From Acidobacteriota bacterium (lineage in GTDB: Bacteria; Acidobacteriota; Thermoanaerobaculia; UBA5066; Gp7-AA6): a stretch of 64,000 nucleotides of DNA. Position 1 is the first letter of the stretch. Every line of letters begins with the position of its first letter. The DNA lies in assembly GCA_027307335.1 (NCBI GenBank), contig DAHUXD010000030.1, positions 2,707 through 66,706 of the forward strand, read 5' to 3'. The translations under genes and the position numbers were made by a program. Of the stretch, positions 61,052 to 64,000 are shown in pieces. The notes below the pieces were generated by a model that saw nothing but the letters and a program-made list of their open reading frames with translations, was not told the DNA's origin and searched no databases.

Positions 61052-61744
61052 ATGCGATCGCGCGTCCTTCTCCTCGCGGGGATTTTCCTCGCCGCCGGGG
61101 CGGCCTCCGGAGAGGTGCGCGTGGCGTTGCGCGACGGCAAGCGCGTCATCGTCAACGACGGCCCGGCGAACCTGCAGGCGAGCGAGGGCTGGCTCGCCGC
61201 GCGCGTCCGACAGCCGTCGGCCTACGACGGCCTGATCGAGGCCGCGGCCCGCGACAACGACGTCGATCCGAAGCTCGTGAAGTCGGTGATGCTCGTCGAA
61301 TCGGGATTCAACCCCGCCGCGATCTCGCGCAAGGGAGCGCGCGGGCTGATGCAGCTGATGCCGGAGCTCGCGGCGGAGCAGGGCGTGCGCGACGTGCACG
61401 ATCCACGCGAGAACATCGCCGCCGGAACGCGCGAGCTCTCGCGGCTCCTCACGGCGTACTCCGGCGACCTGGTGAAGTCTTTGGCCGCGTACAACGCGGG
61501 AGAGGCGGCGGTGGAACGGTATGCGGGGGTTCCCCCCTATGCCGAGACGCAGCTCTACGTGCGCAAGGCGCTCGCGGCCTATTACGGCAAGTCGACGCTC
61601 GGAGGAGGATTCGGCAAGTCGGCGAACGAGACCTTCCGCGGCGCCGCCGCGGCGGGCCGGCCCGTCCAGTGGACGCGCGACGCGCGGACGAATCGCGTCG
61701 TGCTGACCACGAAGGGCCGTTCGGCGCCGAAGCGCCTCGGCTGA
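61052..61744 (+). CDS. Soluble lytic transglycosylase (SLT domain) protein
   Basis: 230 aa from ATG 61052 with a signal peptide. Catalytic region VMLVESGFNPAAISRKGARGLMQLMP...AYNAGEAAV. Confidence 0.85.
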   Translation: MRSRVLLLAGIFLAAGAASGEVRVALRDGKRVIVNDGPANLQASEGWLAARVRQPSAYDGLIEAAARDNDVDPKLVKSVMLVESGFNPAAISRKGARGLMQLMPELAAEQGVRDVHDPRENIAAGTRELSRLLTAYSGDLVKSLAAYNAGEAAVERYAGVPPYAETQLYVRKALAAYYGKSTLGGGFGKSANETFRGAAAAGRPVQWTRDARTNRVVLTTKGRSAPKRLG

Positions 61745-61755
61745 TCGGGATCACC

Positions 61756-63039
61756 GTGCTGCGCGCCGCGGGCGAGCTTCCCCCGGTGGATCAGGGCCTG
61801 TTCCTCCTGCACTTGAACCGCGCCCGGCGCTCGGCGCGCGCGTCGCGATTCGACGAGGCCTGGGCGGAGCTCGAGCAGGCCCGCGCCCTGCGCCCGCAGG
61901 ACGAGGACGTGCTCAATCTCGTGTCGCTCCTCGAGTTCAAGCGGGGCCGCTTCGACGAGGCGGCGGGCGCCGCGCGGGCGCTCCTCTCCAAGAACCCGGC
62001 GTCCGAGGTCCTCCGCTCGAACCTCGGCCTGATCCTCTTCAAGGCGGGCCGGCTCGCCGAGGCCGAGACGGAGCTCCGGGCCGCGATCGAGCAGGCCCCG
62101 GGTCACCTCCGCAGCCATCTCTATCTCGGCCTGCTCTACCAGATGCGCGGCAAGCTCGGGCTCGCCCTCGAGCACCTGCGGGTCGCCGGCGCGAAGAGCC
62201 GCGTCGCGGAGATCGAGGAGGCGCTGAAGCGGTCCTCGCGCGAGACCGGCGGCGCGCGGCCGGCGGCCGGCCTGTCCGACACGGCGCCGACCGCGAGGGC
62301 GGCGCGGGAGAGCGCGGGGGTTGCGGCGCCGGGCCGCGAGTTCGAGCCCGCGTTTCCCGATGGCGGCGAGGACGCCGGCGTGGCCCTCACCGCAGCAGCG
62401 GCGGCCGGCGAGGGGCGGCCGCTCTTCAAGATCCGTCCGGAGGGCGGGGTCGAGATCGCGTCGAAGGGCGTCGTTTTCGTGCGCAAGGGCTGCGTCGCCT
62501 GGTACAGCGGCAAGCTGCGCTTCGGGGCGGAGACGTCGTTCCGCGGCACGACGCTCGAGCGGATCCTGCGCTGCGAGGGCACCGGCGCCCTGCTCGTCAA
62601 CGACCCCGGGCGGCGCGCCTATCGTCGCGAGCTGAGCGGCCACGCGCTCGTGGTCGAGGGGAGCCGCCTGCTCGCGATCGACCACGGCCTGACGTTCCGC
62701 CTGGAAGCGATCCAGGACTTCCGCCGGAACCGCCGCGTCGACCTTCTGCGCGTCCAGGGGCGCGGGAGCGTCGTCTTCTCGGTCGGCGGTCCCGTGCTGA
62801 CGCACGAGGTCACGCCCGAGCTCCCGCTCTCGATCTCCTCGCGCGACCTCGTCGGCTGGACGGGCGACCTCGTGCCCTCGGTGCTCGACGACCGGTTCCT
62901 CGAGGAGGTCATGCAGCCCGACATCGCGAGCCCGCCGAAGATCCGCTTCGAGGGCGAGGGCGTCGTGCTGACGGAGCCCCCGCGGCCGCGGCGGCGCGCC
63001 GCCGACATGGATCGGCCGGTCGACCAGAGACGAAACTAG
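61756..63039 (+). CDS. TPR-repeat protein with a beta-rich C-terminal domain (possibly AIM24/DUF124-like)
   Basis: Preferred GTG 61756, 12 nt after the SLT stop. N-terminal TPRs (FDEAWAELEQARALRP, FDEAAGAARALLSKNP, LAEAETELRAAIEQAP). The C-terminal 200 aa has alternating beta-like segments. The AIM24 call is weak. Confidence 0.45.
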   Translation: MLRAAGELPPVDQGLFLLHLNRARRSARASRFDEAWAELEQARALRPQDEDVLNLVSLLEFKRGRFDEAAGAARALLSKNPASEVLRSNLGLILFKAGRLAEAETELRAAIEQAPGHLRSHLYLGLLYQMRGKLGLALEHLRVAGAKSRVAEIEEALKRSSRETGGARPAAGLSDTAPTARAARESAGVAAPGREFEPAFPDGGEDAGVALTAAAAAGEGRPLFKIRPEGGVEIASKGVVFVRKGCVAWYSGKLRFGAETSFRGTTLERILRCEGTGALLVNDPGRRAYRRELSGHALVVEGSRLLAIDHGLTFRLEAIQDFRRNRRVDLLRVQGRGSVVFSVGGPVLTHEVTPELPLSISSRDLVGWTGDLVPSVLDDRFLEEVMQPDIASPPKIRFEGEGVVLTEPPRPRRRAADMDRPVDQRRN

Positions 63040-64000
63040 TCTCGCGAGACGGGAGTCCTCGAGGCCGTCGCCGCGAAGTCCCGCAGCCGGGCCTCCGCCG
63101 CGTCCAGGATCCTCTCCATCGTGCCCGCGTCCTCGTGCTCGCAGTAGAGCCGCACCATCGGTTCCGTGCCCGACAGGCGGTGGAGGAGCCAGCCGCGTTC
63201 GGCGAAGAGATACTTGACGCCATCCCGGTCCGCGACGCCTGTCACCGGCTCGCCCGCGACCGATCCGGGAGCGCGCTCCCGCACGTCCCGGACGAACGCG
63301 CCGATCGTGTCCACGGGCAGGTGCACGTCGCGCCGGCCGTACTCGAAGCGCCCGAACTCTCTCGCGAGCGCTTCGAGCGCCTCGCCGAGGGTGCGTCCGG
63401 TCCGCGCCAGGCTCTCGACGAGGAGCAGGGCCGACAGCACTCCGTCGCGTTCGGGCAGGTGAAACGCAAAGGCGTACCCGCCGCTCTCCTCGCCCCCCGC
63501 GACCGCCTCGCCCCGGTTCATCAGCTCGGCGACGTACTTGAATCCGATGCCGGTCTCGATCAGCGGCACGCCGAGCGCTCGGGCGATCCGGTCCACCTGG
63601 AAGGACGTCGAGAACGTCTTGGCGATGCCGCCGCGCACTCCCCGTCCGCGAAAGACGTGGAGCAGCAGGAGCGCGAGCACCTGATGCGGCGACACGAAGC
63701 GGCCCGACGCGTCGAGCACCCCGAGCCGGTCCGCATCGCCGTCCTGGGCGACGGCGAGGCCGAAGCCTCCCTTCCGGACCCGCTCGGCCGCCTCGCCGAG
63801 ATTCGCGGCGATCGGCTCCGGATGCACGCCGCCGAAGAGGGGATCGCGGTTCGCGTGGAGCGACTCGACGCGGAGCGTTCCACCTCCGAGGACGTCCGCG
63901 ACGAGCGTCCCGGCGGCGCCGTGCATGGCGTCGGCGAGCACCGCGAGGGGCGCGCGCCGGATCGCGGCGACGTCGACGAGTCCGGCGAGGCGGTCGCGGT
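63036..64000 (-). CDS. Phosphoglucomutase/phosphomannomutase-family protein, C-terminal ~320 codons (5' end off window)
   Basis: AQDGDADRLGV (Mg-binding loop), GGEESGG sugar-binding loop and RLSGTEPMVRLY phosphate-binding loop. The reading frame stays open to the window edge. Confidence 0.85.
   Translation of the reverse strand, partial: RDRLAGLVDVAAIRRAPLAVLADAMHGAAGTLVADVLGGGTLRVESLHANRDPLFGGVHPEPIAANLGEAAERVRKGGFGLAVAQDGDADRLGVLDASGRFVSPHQVLALLLLHVFRGRGVRGGIAKTFSTSFQVDRIARALGVPLIETGIGFKYVAELMNRGEAVAGGEESGGYAFAFHLPERDGVLSALLLVESLARTGRTLGEALEALAREFGRFEYGRRDVHLPVDTIGAFVRDVRERAPGSVAGEPVTGVADRDGVKYLFAERGWLLHRLSGTEPMVRLYCEHEDAGTMERILDAAEARLRDFAATASRTPVSRD

Overview
Gene-dense chromosomal segment with very high G+C (by eye about two-thirds to 70%). 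I count about 58 protein-coding genes and one tRNA-Leu(CAA). I found no rRNA, CRISPR array, transposase, integrase or phage genes. Many genes are joined by 1-17 nt overlaps. Most long ORFs in the six-frame track are Arg/Pro/Gly/Ala-rich antisense or off-frame artefacts of the GC bias, so I called genes only where the translation looks like a real protein family. The gene content suggests an Acidobacteriota-like Gram-negative organism; this is inference, not proven. The supporting content is a VWFA-related acidobacterial-type protein, a TPR-tonB-exbB-exbD-exbD string, hopanoid tailoring genes, MglA and PilT. Blocks from left to right: partial membrane pyrophosphatase; TonB/ExbBD energy-transduction operon with a divergent VWA protein; housekeeping genes (nnr, tsaE, OMP, TlpA, asparaginase-II-like, UbiD-like); a degenerate sigma54-activator-like regulator, a Met/His-rich membrane protein and a GT39 glycosyltransferase; a tightly coupled minus-strand operon of ferritin-like di-iron protein, hpnJ, hpnK, hpnI and hpnL (bacteriohopanepolyol side-chain tailoring); a divergent OmpR/HK two-component pair; tRNA-Leu; yeiH; a COG2403-type GTPase-like protein and a quinone oxidoreductase; a corrinoid methyltransferase operon with two divergent non-pyrrolysine MttB-family paralogs flanking one corrinoid protein, plus a MetH-activation-domain protein and a RACo-type reductive activase; an aminotransferase; cdnL with a consensus promoter and terminator; TPR, TRASH-like small protein and rarA; guaB and secA; three cell-wall hydrolases and comM; an MglA GTPase with a roughly 260-aa C-terminal extension; a CIRCE-controlled hrcA-grpE-dnaK-dnaJ-prmA-rsmE string; ilvE; pilT-recX-alaS; an SLT transglycosylase; a TPR/AIM24-like protein; and a partial phosphohexomutase. 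The findings most worth follow-up are the di-iron gene coupled to hpnJ, the dual-MttB operon with no visible methyl-acceptor methyltransferase, the extended MglA, the triply degenerate EBP-like regulator, two CTGA stop/start junctions that seem to require CTG initiation, and pilT and recX lying in the same frame separated only by one TAG. All family assignments come from motif recognition by eye. No database search was run.
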